Shown here piece after piece: positions 35,071-46,714 of a stretch of 64,000 nucleotides of DNA. Position 1 is the first letter of the stretch; each line of letters begins with the position of its first letter. The notes beneath the pieces were generated by a model. The model worked only from the letters and a program-made list of their open reading frames with translations, had not been told where the DNA came from and made no database searches. The stretch lies in contig CAWKCK010000018.1 of assembly GCA_963848135.1 (NCBI GenBank), forward strand, positions 696,938 through 760,937, in the 5' to 3' direction. Source of the DNA: an uncultured delta proteobacterium. GTDB lineage: Bacteria; Desulfobacterota; Desulfobacteria; Desulfobacterales; SG8-13. Made by a program: the position numbers and the translations under genes.

Positions 35071-38000
35071 TCATCCGCATGCTGCCTTAGACGACTCTAT
35101 TTTTTCCTGTGGAGCAATTTTCGTACCACGATTGAGCCGAAATTCCTTTAAACCGCAGTAGAGTACCGGCACCACCAGCATCGTTGCAATTTCAAAGGCC
35201 ATACCTCCGAATGTGGGGATCGCCATGGGAACCATGATATCCGATCCGCGACCGGTCGAGGTCAAGACCGGCAGGAGTGCCAGTAGCGTTGTGGCCGTGG
35301 TCATAAGACACGGTCGCACCCGCCGCAGGCTGGCCTTGATGGTCGCCCGCCGGATGTCCTGGACGGAATTAATACTTTTTTGCTCATAGGCACCGTTCAA
35401 GTAAGTGGCCATCAAAACGCCATCATCCGAGGCGATCCCGAAAAGAGCGATAAACCCGACCCAGACGGCCACGCTCAGGTTGATTGGCTGCACCTGGAAC
35501 AGCTCACGCATGGAAGTCTCGAAGATGGAAAAGTTGAGAAACCACGGCTGACCGTACAGCCATATCATGATAAATCCGCCGGCCCAGGCCACGGCCACCC
35601 CTGAAAAAACAAGCAGGCTTGTTGTCAGGGATTTGAATTGGAGATAGAGGATGATAAAGATGATCGAAAGGGCCAGCGGCAATATCAAGGCCAGCTTTTT
35701 CCCGGCCCGAACATCGTTTTCGTAATTTCCGGTAAAGCTGAAACTGACTCCAGCGGGAAGCTCCAGATCTCCGTAGGTAATGCGATCCAGCAAATACTCC
35801 TGGGCCTCCTCGACAACGTTTGTCTCAGCAAACCCCGGCTTTTTGTCAAACAGCACATACCCCACATGAAACGTGTTCTCGCTTTTGATCACCTGGGGGC
35901 CGGGTACATAATTGATTCTGGCCAACTGAACCAGCGGCACCTGGATGCCATTCGGCGCCGTGACCAGCACTTTGCCGATGGAGTCGATATGGTCGCGCAG
36001 CTCCCGCATATAGCGCACCCGCACCGGATAGCGCTCACGGCCCTGAACAGTGGTCGTGATGCGTTTGCCGCCGATAGCGATCTCGATCACGTCCTGCACC
36101 TGCTGCAGATCGATACCGTATTGGGCGATGGCCCGTCGGTCGATATCGATCTCAAGATAGGGTTTACCGACAATGCGATCGGCAATAACCGAGAAAGGAT
36201 CGATGGAAGGAATCTCTCTGAGGATATTTTTCAATGCGGCGGGTTACCTGTTTCGATCGTGTGCAGGTCGGGCCCGTAGACTTTCACTCCCATATTGGCC
36301 CGGATGCCGCTTTGCAGCATGACGATTCGGGCGGAGATCGGCTGGAGTTTGGGGGCCACCGTGGTGCCCCGGAAGCGTGGCCGCCTTGACGATTTCAGTC
36401 CCAGATGTCGTCCGGTTTGTCTGATTCCCGGCCATGACGTCGGTTGGGGTTCAAGGCGGGATCCAATGCCGGACGCCAAAGCCGAAACGGTCTGGCCGTT
36501 GGGATCGGGGATCAGACGGCTGTCTTTCGTCCCGTTCAAAGCGGCCCTGGACATGGTAAGGATTCGCCGTCATGCGGCCGGGAGAGGCCGGCCGTCCGGA
36601 GCCGCGAAAAAGATCGAGCTCATGCGGGCTGAAACCGAAACGGTCCGGGTTGCCATTGCCGCTCAACCAATAAATACTGCGGCCGATAGTTGATCAGGGT
36701 CTCAATCATGGATATCGGGGCCGGGTCCAGTGGGCTTTCGACTCGGCCCAGTTTACCCACCGCTGATCTCCACCTCCGGAATGGCTGCCAAGGCCCGGTC
36801 CTGACGCTGCAGGATATCCAGAACTTCACCGATAGAGGCGTGCGGCATGGTCACCGGCATGTAAAGGTAGGCGCCCTCATCCAGCGGAGGCATAAATTCT
36901 TTGCCCATGCCGGGAAACTGCCTGGCGAGATGACGTGCCGGGGCCGAATCCGTAAACAGTCTGGGCAGCCACCCGAACAACGGTGTCGTAGCCCTGCCAG
37001 ACAAGACCGCCCAGAATCAGAAGCCCCACAGGGATAGACAAAAAAGCCGTCTTATGATCCAGGCACCACCCCAATATCCGGTCGTAATAGTGTTGAAAAA
37101 CCCGAAAAGCGACCATAATTCCGCCGATGAGCACCGCCACAAACACAAAATTACGGATGGCACTCTTTTCATAGCCCAGCGGTTGCCAGAAACCGGTCAA
37201 AAAACAGGCTACGCCAATGGCCACCAGGCCACTATTGACAGTGGGCATCCAGCGCTTGAACCGATCGGAGACGAAGGCGTCAGCAGGTTGTATACTGCCC
37301 ATAAAAAGCCACGAAAAGGCCCGCGCGCCAGTCGAAAATAATGGCCAGCACGCCGCCCAGATAAATGAGTCCTTCGTAGAAGATCCAGCCATATTTTTTC
37401 TGCCGGCCCGGCTTGCGTCTGAAAAGAGCATAGGCCAGGGGCGGGATGAGACACAGGGCCACGAACAAGGAGGCCAGCAGGGCAAACGTTTTGGTAAATG
37501 CCAGCGGCCTGAAGAGTTTACCTTCCGCCGCCGCCATGGTAAAGACCGGCAGAAAGCTGACGATGGTGGTGGATACCGCCGTCAAGACGGCGCCGCCCAC
37601 CTCCCGAGATGCCCGCAGAACGGTTTCCAGGCGATCTTCTTCGGGTGACGCCGCAATTCCAGATGCCGAAAATATTTTCGGTGATGATGATTCCCATGTC
37701 CACGATGGTGCCGATGGCGATCGCAATGCCGGAAAGGGCCACGATGTTGGCATCCACCCCGAAGATTTTCATGGCGATGAAACAGAGAGAACCGCCAGCG
37801 GCAGCAACCCTGAAATCAGGATCGAACTGCGCAGATGCACCATCATCACGATGATGACGATAAATGATAATCAGCATTTCGTTGGAAAGCGCCGAACTAA
37901 GGGTGCCCAGTGTTTCGTGGATCAAATCGGTGCGGTCGTAAAACGGGACGATACTGAACCTGGCTGACCGTGCCGTCCGCAAGGGTCCGTTTCGGCAGGC

Positions 38001-39012
38001 CGAGGGAAATTTCCTCGATCTTCTGTTTGACGTCGCTGATGACATCCAGCGGGTTTTCCCCGTAGCGCACCACGACCACACCGCCCACGGATTCAATGCC
38101 GCCCTTGTCCAGGGCTCCGCGACGCGCCGCCGGACCGAGAGAGACATTGGCGACATGTCGGATCAGAACGGGTGTGTCATCGACGAGTTTAATGACGGAA
38201 TCTTGGATGTGCTCCAGATTTTTTATAAATCCGAGGCCCCGGATAACATACTCGACCTTGTTGACCTCGATGGTGCGCGCCCCGACGTCCACGTTCGCCC
38301 GACGGACGGCATCAACCACCTCTTCGAGGCGTACATTGCGATAACGCATCCGATCAGGATCAACATCAATCTGATATTCCTGAACGAAACCGCCCACCGA
38401 CGCCACTTCGCTGACACCCGGAACGGCCATCAGGGAATAGCGGACATACCAGTCCTGAATGGTGCGCAGTTCATGAAGATCCCAACCGCCGACCGGCTGC
38501 CCCTCGGGATCGAAGCCTTCCAGGGTGTACCAGTAAACCTGTCCCAGGGCGGTCGCATCCGGCCCGATGGTGGGTTTGACACCTTCAGGCAGTTCGCGTG
38601 CCGGCAGGCTGCTCAGGTTCTCCAGAACCCGGGTACGAGACCAGTAAAAATCAATGTCTTCGTTGAAGATCACGTAAATCAGGGAGAAACCGAACATCGA
38701 ATAACTTCGCACGGTTTTCACGCCCGGCAGTCCCAACAGCGACACGGAAAGCGGATAGGTGATCTGGTCTTCCACGTCCTGGGGCGAGCGACCGATCCAC
38801 TCGGTGAAAACAATCTGCTGATTTTCCCCGATGTCCGGTATGGCGTCCACCGGCACGGGATCGCGCCACATTCCGCCCAGCTGCCAGTCGAACGGCGCCA
38901 CCACCAGACCCCAGCCGATAACGATCAGAGTCGTCAATAAAACAATCACCCGGTTTTGCAAACAAAACCGGATGATGAGGTCGAGCCAACTCTCTCCAGA
39001 TTTCTTCAGCAT
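35071..39012 (-). pseudogene. cusA: CusA/CzcA heavy-metal RND efflux pump, multiply frameshifted between ~36230 and ~37960
   Basis: PVDAIPDIGENQQIVFT, GPDATALGQVYWY, IVPFYDRT, ALSGIAIAIGTIVD, EGKLFRPLAFTKT, EFMPPLDEG and RVRPCLMTTATT motifs, spread over many frames. Confidence 0.88.
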
Positions 39013-39211
39013 TCGTTATTCAGTTCCAGCAAAGGGGTGGCTGGTAGAAACTATCCCGGTCTCTCATCCCGCAGACTTTTCTGCTGGGTGTATCAAGCGC
39101 AAGGTTTGATCCCGTGTGCACTAATACCGAGATCACTTGAGAAAAAACGATGGGGTCCATTCGCCTGATGAAGATGACAAAGATAATCGTTATAACGCTC
39201 CGTCCGCTGGC

Positions 39212-39943
39212 TTATTCATCCAACAGCAGAAAGGGAACACCCGGTATCGCCTTGCCCGCCGTAGCGGGCATCAGACCAAGACTGAAATCATCCGCGCCAA
39301 TAACTTTTTCATCCCCGGTTTTTCCCTCTGTTTCCCGAATTTCAAAAGTGCTAAACCCCGCAGTGTCAATTACTCCGAAGAACTTGTGTGCGGCCGTGAC
39401 GACACCCTGGTCGCCGAAATCGACCGGGTTGGCTTCGTTGCCATCCAGAACAAAAAGTATATTACCACCAGCAGTACCGGTAATCCAGGCACCAACGCCG
39501 AAAAACGGACTCGCTCCTTGTGCGGCCGTCCCCTTGATCCCGTCATGCTGGAAACATTCAGGCGGCACGGACTCTACGTCACATAAAAGAATGGAAGTCT
39601 GGCGATCCGGGTCTCCGTGGGGATCGGACAACAATCCCCACAACCCCGTTCGCACGGGTCCACCACCGGTCTTTATCCGGTTCGCTGTAAAGTTGGAAGT
39701 CCACACGATTCCCGATCGGGTCACGCTGGCAACCGTCAACGGTGATCGCGAAGACCCCCATGCAGCATCATCTTCGAAACCCTCCTGTAACGTACTGACG
39801 CTAAGGTTGGTCAGCGCATTCAGGTAGGCGGCCTCATCGGTATAAACAGTCATTTCGGCCGAGGCCGGCGCAGTCTCCCCGAATGACAGCGTTGCCACGA
39901 CGAGAAAGGTCAACGACCAATAGGTCATCAGATTATTTTTCAT
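39212..39943 (-). CDS. Secreted protein with a short hydrophobic C-terminal motif (IPGVPFLLLDE)
   Basis: Signal peptide. Its ATG overlaps the cusB stop (ATGA). Confidence 0.75.
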   Translation of the reverse strand: MKNNLMTYWSLTFLVVATLSFGETAPASAEMTVYTDEAAYLNALTNLSVSTLQEGFEDDAAWGSSRSPLTVASVTRSGIVWTSNFTANRIKTGGGPVRTGLWGLLSDPHGDPDRQTSILLCDVESVPPECFQHDGIKGTAAQGASPFFGVGAWITGTAGGNILFVLDGNEANPVDFGDQGVVTAAHKFFGVIDTAGFSTFEIRETEGKTGDEKVIGADDFSLGLMPATAGKAIPGVPFLLLDE

Positions 39944-41679
39944 TCTTTCGCCTCCCTGTTACGGTCATGCATGCGCCGCTTGTTTTCAACGGGTTCACTT
40001 CCGGCATCCATAGGCATGGTCTCTGAAGCGCCAGTATGTTCATGATTGGCCACCGGCTTTTCCACAGTCGAATCGATTGGCATGGCGTGTGGTGCAGTGG
40101 CCTCCGGCCGAACCCTCTCTTGAATCTGCATGTTGTGCCCATCTGCTCCGGTCGCATTCATTTGTTGCGCACCACCGTGATGATGACCAGCGCCTGCCTG
40201 CCCTCCCCCCGGTTCCATCATGCTTGGCTTGGCGAGAATCTGAACCGCACTGTCAATTTTGAAGTTTCCGTTGACCACCACCCTTTCACCCTTTTGTAAC
40301 CCGGCCTTGACGACGTAATAGCCTTTGGCCCGCGGTCCCAGTATCACCTCGCGTGGCTCGTAAATTCCTGCCTCTTGGGGGATCTCCACGTAAACAACTG
40401 CCCTTGTGCCCGTGATGAGGGGTGCAGTTTCGGGTATCACGAGCGGGGCTTTCGCGCGGCCTTGCCGGCCGGGTATCTTGACGCCTTCCGCGGTCAGCTG
40501 TGCCTGCAGTGAACAGCGCACGAGCATGTTCGGCTTCAAACGTGCCTTGGGGTCCAGGTAAAGCACCCCGACTTTGAAGGTCCGCGTATTCGCATCAAAG
40601 TAAGGGTCGAGGTAGGTCACTTTTCCTTCAAATGTTTCTCCAGGGAAAGCGTCGGTTTCGAATTCCGCCGTCTGGCCGATCCGTATCCAGGGAAAGTCCG
40701 ATTCGTAAGCATCGAGCCGCGCCCACATGTATTTGGGATTGGCAATATTGAAAATCGTCTCGCCGGTGTTCACGTAAGACCCTTTGAATGCATACTGTTC
40801 GAGAACGATACCGGTGATCGGGGTGATGACCGTCGAAACCCCGGTGGGGCGACCCCGGGCCATGACATCGTCGATATCCTTTTTCTCCAGGCCCAAAAGC
40901 ATCATTTTGCGTTGAATCTGGTCTAGCTTTTTTAGGGCAGCGGCTTTTTTCTCGTCGACCTTGCCAGTTTCGTCCTTGGCCGTCAATCCCTTGCGGTAAG
41001 CCGGTCGCATCAGGCGCCGGTATCGCTGTCCCCGGGAAGGCCGGTAGTCGAGCGAATCGGGAAACAGCTTCAGCACTTCGAAAAGCTCCTGCTCCAGAAA
41101 GAAAAGTTCGGAAGAATGGATATCGAAAAGCGGATCACCCGTTCTGACACTCTGCCCGGCACGCTTGACATAGATGCGGTCAATAATGCCCGGCGCAAAA
41201 GCGGTGATCATGTACTGCTCGACCGGATCGTATTCGATTTTTCCGAAAAGCCGAACTTCGGTCGTGACGAACTTCTCTTCTACCGGAGCTGTCAAGATGC
41301 CGGCCCTTCGTATGGTCTCTTCCGGGAACCGGATCCTGTTTGGACCCGATTCATGGCGGTGCTCCTGTGCCAGCGCTTCCACCAGCTCCATCCCGCAAAC
41401 GGGACAATCGCCGGGAATTTCCATGGGAGGAACGCAGTTCATCGGACAAACGTAGATCCGTTCGTCCACGGTCGTTGCTGGTTCAAACGGCAAGGGTCTT
41501 GAATCAGAATCGGCTGTTGCATCCGCCGCGGCCGGCACGCCGGTGACTCTCGATTTGTCATCAGTACCGCTATTGTTCAACCCGAACCCGACACCGACAC
41601 CCAGGATCAACGCCACCAGCACCACAACCATGTATTTTTTATTCTCTATAAATTTGAATGATTCTTTCATGACAACCAT
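39940..41679 (-). CDS. cusB: CusB-like RND periplasmic adaptor with a heavy-metal-binding domain and His/Met-rich tail
   Basis: YVCPM...CPVCGMEL, PITGIV, YLDPYFDANTRT, LKPNM, GNFKIDS and GHHHG motifs. Confidence 0.9.
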   Translation of the reverse strand: MVVMKESFKFIENKKYMVVVLVALILGVGVGFGLNNSGTDDKSRVTGVPAAADATADSDSRPLPFEPATTVDERIYVCPMNCVPPMEIPGDCPVCGMELVEALAQEHRHESGPNRIRFPEETIRRAGILTAPVEEKFVTTEVRLFGKIEYDPVEQYMITAFAPGIIDRIYVKRAGQSVRTGDPLFDIHSSELFFLEQELFEVLKLFPDSLDYRPSRGQRYRRLMRPAYRKGLTAKDETGKVDEKKAAALKKLDQIQRKMMLLGLEKKDIDDVMARGRPTGVSTVITPITGIVLEQYAFKGSYVNTGETIFNIANPKYMWARLDAYESDFPWIRIGQTAEFETDAFPGETFEGKVTYLDPYFDANTRTFKVGVLYLDPKARLKPNMLVRCSLQAQLTAEGVKIPGRQGRAKAPLVIPETAPLITGTRAVVYVEIPQEAGIYEPREVILGPRAKGYYVVKAGLQKGERVVVNGNFKIDSAVQILAKPSMMEPGGGQAGAGHHHGGAQQMNATGADGHNMQIQERVRPEATAPHAMPIDSTVEKPVANHEHTGASETMPMDAGSEPVENKRRMHDRNREAKE

Positions 41680-41954
41680 TTACAAATGGAAAAGTCCCTA
41701 CCATAACGGCCTTATCGGTCGACAGTATCAAGCCGCAACAACTGATTATACCATAGGGCCACCGAATTAAAAGGGTCTTTCGACATGTTGCAGGCAGAAA
41801 ACGACTGTTTGACGTCTTCAAGCCTGTGATGAGAAAGTTTTCCGGCGGATACCGGCCGTCGGGAGATCGGAAGGTGTGTATCGCGGGCCATCAATGATCA
41901 GACTGCTGATGAAGGCTGAGGTTCGGCGTGGACCATGTCGCCACCGTCCCATCC

Positions 41955-43454
41955 TCATTGGGAGGCATTGCGGCCGAATCCGTAGGCAAATGCGGCCAAA
42001 TATCCGTTGGTGGCTGCGGCGGAGTATACCGCCAGGTCATTGCCGTCCACATCCCCGTCCCCGTCGCTGTCAAAGGGTGATCCGACATGGGTCAGCAACC
42101 AATCGTAGGCGGACATGGCATTCAGCAGACCGTAACCGTACGAGTTGTCCGGACCGGGCGTTCCCAGGTCGACAGCACTCTCTTTCAAGGCCTGAAGCAA
42201 CTGGCTGACAGAAGTGCCTGTCATGGTACCGCCCAGCAGAGCCAGCGCACCGACGACGTGGGGCGCAGCAAAGGATGTTCCGGTTTCAAATATATAACCT
42301 GCGCCAGGATGGGCCGTACAGACGCCAACACCGGGGGCCGTTACATGCGGATAAACGCTGCCGTCATAACTCGACGGGCCGCGGGAACTGAAAGAGGCAA
42401 TATTGAGGTCCCAGTCCACAGCCCCCACGGCGAAGCTTCCGGGATCGTTGGCCGGGCTCACGTCGCCGTCGGTGCCGGAGTTGCCCGCCGCAAACACCAC
42501 CGCGATCCCGGTGTCATTGAGCGTCTGGATATCGCCTCTGAACTCCGTGTTATATGAGCCCTCGGTGCCAATTATATACCATGAGTTGTTGACGATGTCG
42601 GGAAAGTCCGGCGTGTTTGGGTTGCCGTCCGGGTCAAGGAGCCACTCAAACCCCTGGTGTAACAAACTAACCGTTGATTGACGAGCCGCATCGAAAACTT
42701 TGACCGCGATCCACTGGGCACCGGGCGCAACACCGATGGCATAGCCTGAGGCATCTCCACCGACGATGATCCCTGTGACCTGGGTGCCGTGGCCATTATC
42801 GTCATAGGGTTCTGTATTATTTCCGTTGACAAGATCCTTCCAGCTGTTGGATCCGTCGCGGTACCTGGATGCGATGTCGGGGTGGCCGCCGTCGGCACCC
42901 GTGTCCATGACGCCCACCACGCTCCCGGCCCCGTTGTAGCCAAGAGCCCACAGCTCGGGAACGCCCACATCGAATATGTTATCTCCACAATTGATTCCCG
43001 CGGTTCCGCCCAAACCAGCCACGACCGGCTCCGGCGGCAGGGTGACAACCGCATCCAGCGTCACCCGCTCGACCGTAGGCAGGTTAGCCAGCTCATCCAC
43101 CAGCGAAACCGGCACCCGCGCGGCAATGCCGTTGATTATCCATAGCGACAGGGGATTTTTGACCTTGTTATCCTTGAGAAACGTGAGAATATCCTTCTGG
43201 TCGCGATCCTTACGTTCGATGAGGGCCTTAATGATTTTGGAACTGCGAACGGCCTTATCCTTGTCGCTGAAGCTCTTCAGATTCACCGTTTCAGTAAGCC
43301 GGATGATAACCGGCACCTCCGCCTCGGGCGCAAGTGTCCTGACAGCGTCTTGCACGTCCGGTGCCACCACGCCGGCCATTGCAGCACTCGCCGCCTGTAA
43401 GGCGAGCAACAGCCCGGTTAAAACGGTCAGTATCTTTTTCAACATTCTCGGCAT
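41955..43454 (-). CDS. Secreted S8 subtilase with propeptide and a C-terminal dockerin-like Ca-binding motif
   Basis: Catalytic triad MDTG, HGTQVTG and GTSFAAPHV. C-terminus FDSDGDGDVDGNDLAVY...FAYGFGR. Confidence 0.93.
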   Translation of the reverse strand: MPRMLKKILTVLTGLLLALQAASAAMAGVVAPDVQDAVRTLAPEAEVPVIIRLTETVNLKSFSDKDKAVRSSKIIKALIERKDRDQKDILTFLKDNKVKNPLSLWIINGIAARVPVSLVDELANLPTVERVTLDAVVTLPPEPVVAGLGGTAGINCGDNIFDVGVPELWALGYNGAGSVVGVMDTGADGGHPDIASRYRDGSNSWKDLVNGNNTEPYDDNGHGTQVTGIIVGGDASGYAIGVAPGAQWIAVKVFDAARQSTVSLLHQGFEWLLDPDGNPNTPDFPDIVNNSWYIIGTEGSYNTEFRGDIQTLNDTGIAVVFAAGNSGTDGDVSPANDPGSFAVGAVDWDLNIASFSSRGPSSYDGSVYPHVTAPGVGVCTAHPGAGYIFETGTSFAAPHVVGALALLGGTMTGTSVSQLLQALKESAVDLGTPGPDNSYGYGLLNAMSAYDWLLTHVGSPFDSDGDGDVDGNDLAVYSAAATNGYLAAFAYGFGRNASQ

Positions 43455-43549
43455 TTGTCACTCTGGTCCGTAGCGTTGTCTCCGTCAGCGGTATCCGTGA
43501 TCTGAAGGACTTTTTTCGGTACCGGAGAAGTCTTGTTGCCGACTTTTCT

Positions 43550-44020
43550 TTATTCAACAGTGATGTTTTCCAGCCTAAAGTCGCCAATCACCACCGTAAC
43601 CTTATCCCCTGGTTGCACCAGGCGGGTCTTGTTACCAAAAAACATCCAGTAGACGCGGCCCTCCTGAGGCGTATCGGAGCTGCGCAGAGGTCCGACCTTG
43701 GCCGTTACCGGCACCTCCAGGACCTTGCCGCTTTCCTGGTGAATCAGATACGGTTTGGTATCACGTTTGAAGAGCGCCACCGCCTTTTCGGCATCCAGCA
43801 CCCGGTAGCGGAAGTCGACCATGCTACCGGCCGCGGTGGTGCGTACGGCCACGATGTCAACCCCCCATTGTTTCTGCAGGGTGGCCCGCTTATCAGGCCC
43901 GCTTTGCGGACCGGTCGCACAACCGGCCAGAAGGAGCACCAGGGTACAAAAGAGCAGAACCCATACCGTACGCCCTGTCGTCATCAGCTTCATCGATCTC
44001 ATCTCCGCCTTCGGCTTCAC
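43550..44020 (-). CDS. Putative lipoprotein
   Basis: Lipobox LLAG-C and a beta-rich body (MVDFRYRVLD...YWMFFGN). The true start may be 43996 or 43984. Confidence 0.8.
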   Translation of the reverse strand: MKPKAEMRSMKLMTTGRTVWVLLFCTLVLLLAGCATGPQSGPDKRATLQKQWGVDIVAVRTTAAGSMVDFRYRVLDAEKAVALFKRDTKPYLIHQESGKVLEVPVTAKVGPLRSSDTPQEGRVYWMFFGNKTRLVQPGDKVTVVIGDFRLENITVE

Positions 44021-44083
44021 TCCTGACGGGAAGACAGAGCCGGATGCGACTCTGTCTTCTTTTTATCGTAATATTTATATATA

Positions 44084-45199
44084 TTATTGACAGATCGAAC
44101 CAAAGTTCAGAGCAAACACGTCAAGTGCCGGTATCACGCCAGGTCCGAAGATCGCTTCATACCTTTCAAGGTCCGTACCGTCCACGTCCAGGTCGCCGTC
44201 AAAATCACCCGGGCAGGAAACCTGCAGCAGAGCCAGCAGACCGCCTTCGCTCGATGCTCCGGAGACCAGGTGGTGGCTGCGGTCGAAGATCGGGAATGTG
44301 CCCTGTGCCGTCGGATCCCAGAGGGCATCCATCGTTTTGCCCGGGGCCAAATTCACCATGTACTGCTCTTTGGCATAGGGATAAGGATGGCCGTCCTCGG
44401 CAATCACTTTCATGTAAGGACCGTTCAGGATCAAGGGCATGTAAGACTTGAGCCCGATGTTCGCGAAACGGATGAGCGTTCTCGCACCCGGAAACCCTGC
44501 CGGCACCGGTGAAGCGGGTGCATCGAATGGCTGACCGTTGATCAGAAAATACTTCGGGCTGTAGGTCCGGGGTCGCGCCACTTGCAAGGAATCAGGATCA
44601 TTATTCAAAGCCGGGTCGATCTCACTGTAGAGCAGGAGGGCCTCATTATTATAAGCGAATGCTGCACCGGCAGCGGGATCGGGATAGGCCTCACCGGGGG
44701 CATTATCCACGATGATGGCACCGTAGAGCCCCATGGGCACCTGCCGTCCGGGATTGGTGCCACTATGATAAATGAAAGTACCCGCGTTGAGGCCGGTCCA
44801 ACTGTAAATCCCCGGAGTCGCAGGAAACGGATCCGTTTCCGTCGTGAACGACTGGACCCGACCGGTGGGCGGTACGGGTGTTCCCGTTGCGACCTGCCCG
44901 GGAATCATGATCGAGACCGGTACACTTAAGCAATTGCGCAGGTTGATTGTCAGCGATCCGTCGGTGGGCCGCAGCACCGGTCCCGGCGTCCAGGGGGAAC
45001 CAGGGGCGGGGCAGCTACCCGGATCGTCGACAAAGCCCCACATACGGATTTCATCGCCGGCCGTTCCGCCCGGTGGCAACCACTGAGTTTCCACTGCTGC
45101 AAGTTCGAATACCTGGGCAACAGAGGGACTCGCTACAAGAACGGCGCAGATTATCGCCAGCACCGGTAGCATCGCGTGCATTAAAATGGTTTTCTTCAT
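44084..45199 (-). CDS. Two-domain multicopper-oxidase-like protein C (copper ligands largely lost) with a C-terminal dockerin-like motif
   Basis: PGPVL, SIMIPGQ, GTFIYHSG...MGLYGAIIV, YFLING and RFANIG motifs. C-terminus CPGDFDGDLDVDGTDL...FALNFGSIC. Confidence 0.85.
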   Translation of the reverse strand: MKKTILMHAMLPVLAIICAVLVASPSVAQVFELAAVETQWLPPGGTAGDEIRMWGFVDDPGSCPAPGSPWTPGPVLRPTDGSLTINLRNCLSVPVSIMIPGQVATGTPVPPTGRVQSFTTETDPFPATPGIYSWTGLNAGTFIYHSGTNPGRQVPMGLYGAIIVDNAPGEAYPDPAAGAAFAYNNEALLLYSEIDPALNNDPDSLQVARPRTYSPKYFLINGQPFDAPASPVPAGFPGARTLIRFANIGLKSYMPLILNGPYMKVIAEDGHPYPYAKEQYMVNLAPGKTMDALWDPTAQGTFPIFDRSHHLVSGASSEGGLLALLQVSCPGDFDGDLDVDGTDLERYEAIFGPGVIPALDVFALNFGSICQ

Positions 45200-45218
45200 C
45201 TCGTTATCCCTCCTTTAC

Positions 45219-46698
45219 CTAATCTATATCCACATTCCAGCCTTCGATGATCAGCATGGTCAGCATGCCACCAGGGAAGATGTCGAAGTTTGTCAGCTCC
45301 TTTTCCGTGTGGGAATGCCACATGTAGCTGAAGCCGCCGTTGGGGTTGAGACCGCCTTCGCCCGGAGGCAAGGCCCCCATACTACCGAGAAACGGGCTGC
45401 CGCCGTACCAGCCGCCGAAGGCCAGATCCAGTTTCTGGGGCAAAAGGGTCGGGAACATGCTTATCGTGGTCGTCACAGTATTCCCATGGTGTGTCTGTGC
45501 CCGGATCTCCGTATCCGTCAGGAGGGGCCACCCCGGTTTCATTGTCCACCAGATCGGTACAGTCGTGGGGAAGAGGGGGGTCGGTGGCGAACTGGGGGTC
45601 ATCTGATACACCGTAGATGTCCCAGTTGAGGCCCTTGCCGGTCCATTCGAAGATGGCGTCTACGGTCTCCCCCGGCACCGAGTTGATGGTGAAAACCTCG
45701 AAGCTCAGGTCCGGAAAAACTCCAGCCGCGGGTGGCCCTCCGGTGCCCGTATCGAGCAAGCGACCGTCCCGGGCAATGACCCGGGCGTGGTTCCCGTGGT
45801 GGTGAAAGGGGTGCATTTCACGGTTGCCGCCGATGACCCGCATCAGCATTCGTTCGCCCGGATGCATTCGCGGCAGGGAGTTGTAGGGCTGGTAGAGCAG
45901 CAGCGAACCCGCGCTCTCACCGGCATTGCCCATGTTATCCGGGGCTGTCCGCCCATTCATGAACCAATATTTGGAAAAATAATCCGACAGGGCGTCGGTT
46001 TCCATCAGCTCGGGGGCATCCGGCCCGTAAGCGAACACCGTCTCGTGGATCAAGGGGTCCATCTCGCTCAACAGGAACAAAAACTCCCTGTCATATTCGG
46101 TGCCGGGGCCGTAAGCCGTGCGGTTGGTATCCGGATCGAAACCGGCCGGCCGAATGATCAGCGCCCCCAGCAGCCCCATTTCCACCTGCAGTTCGGGGCG
46201 GGTGCCGCTGTGGTACATGTACGTGCCGGGGTGGGTAGCCGTAAACGTGTAAGTTACCGTGCCACCCGGTGCGGCCTCGTTCGTCATTAGTCCGGGCACC
46301 CCCGGATCCGCTGTCTCAACGGTCACCTGTTGACCTGGGAAAACGATCGACACGTTGGGCGTTGCACCAGTGAAAAGGTTCAACTCGTTGGTCAATCGAA
46401 TCTTTACCGTTTGACCCTGTTCGACGATCAGGGTCGGACCGGGGTACTGAGGCCGATTGGCGTTGCTGGGCGGGGCCAATGTGTCGGCGTACCCCCAGAA
46501 AACCACCGATCCGCCGTCAGCGGTGGAGATGGCATTCATCTTGACGGTCAAGTCGAATGTTACGGGATCGGTAGGCGTTCCCGCCCCTGTCCCCGAGATA
46601 CCGTCAATAGCGGCGGTCGCGCTCCCTGCCAACAGGAAAAGGAGCACGGCCGCCCATACGAAGAGGCTATGTGAATTTGAAAACAGTTTATATTTCAT
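45219..46698 (-). CDS. Two-domain multicopper-oxidase-like protein B, with one frameshift near 45458
   Basis: YPGPTL, GTYMYHSG and HPFHHHGNH in one frame. The C-terminus FPTLLPQK...MWHSHTEKE...PGGMLTMLII continues in another frame after ...HDK. Confidence 0.8.
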
Positions 46699-46714
46699 GG
46701 CAGTTCTCCTTTTC

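Noticed and set aside
36230..37960. Programmed frameshifting or phase variation in cusA
   Set aside because: There are too many independent shifts and no consistent slippery or tandem-repeat sites.
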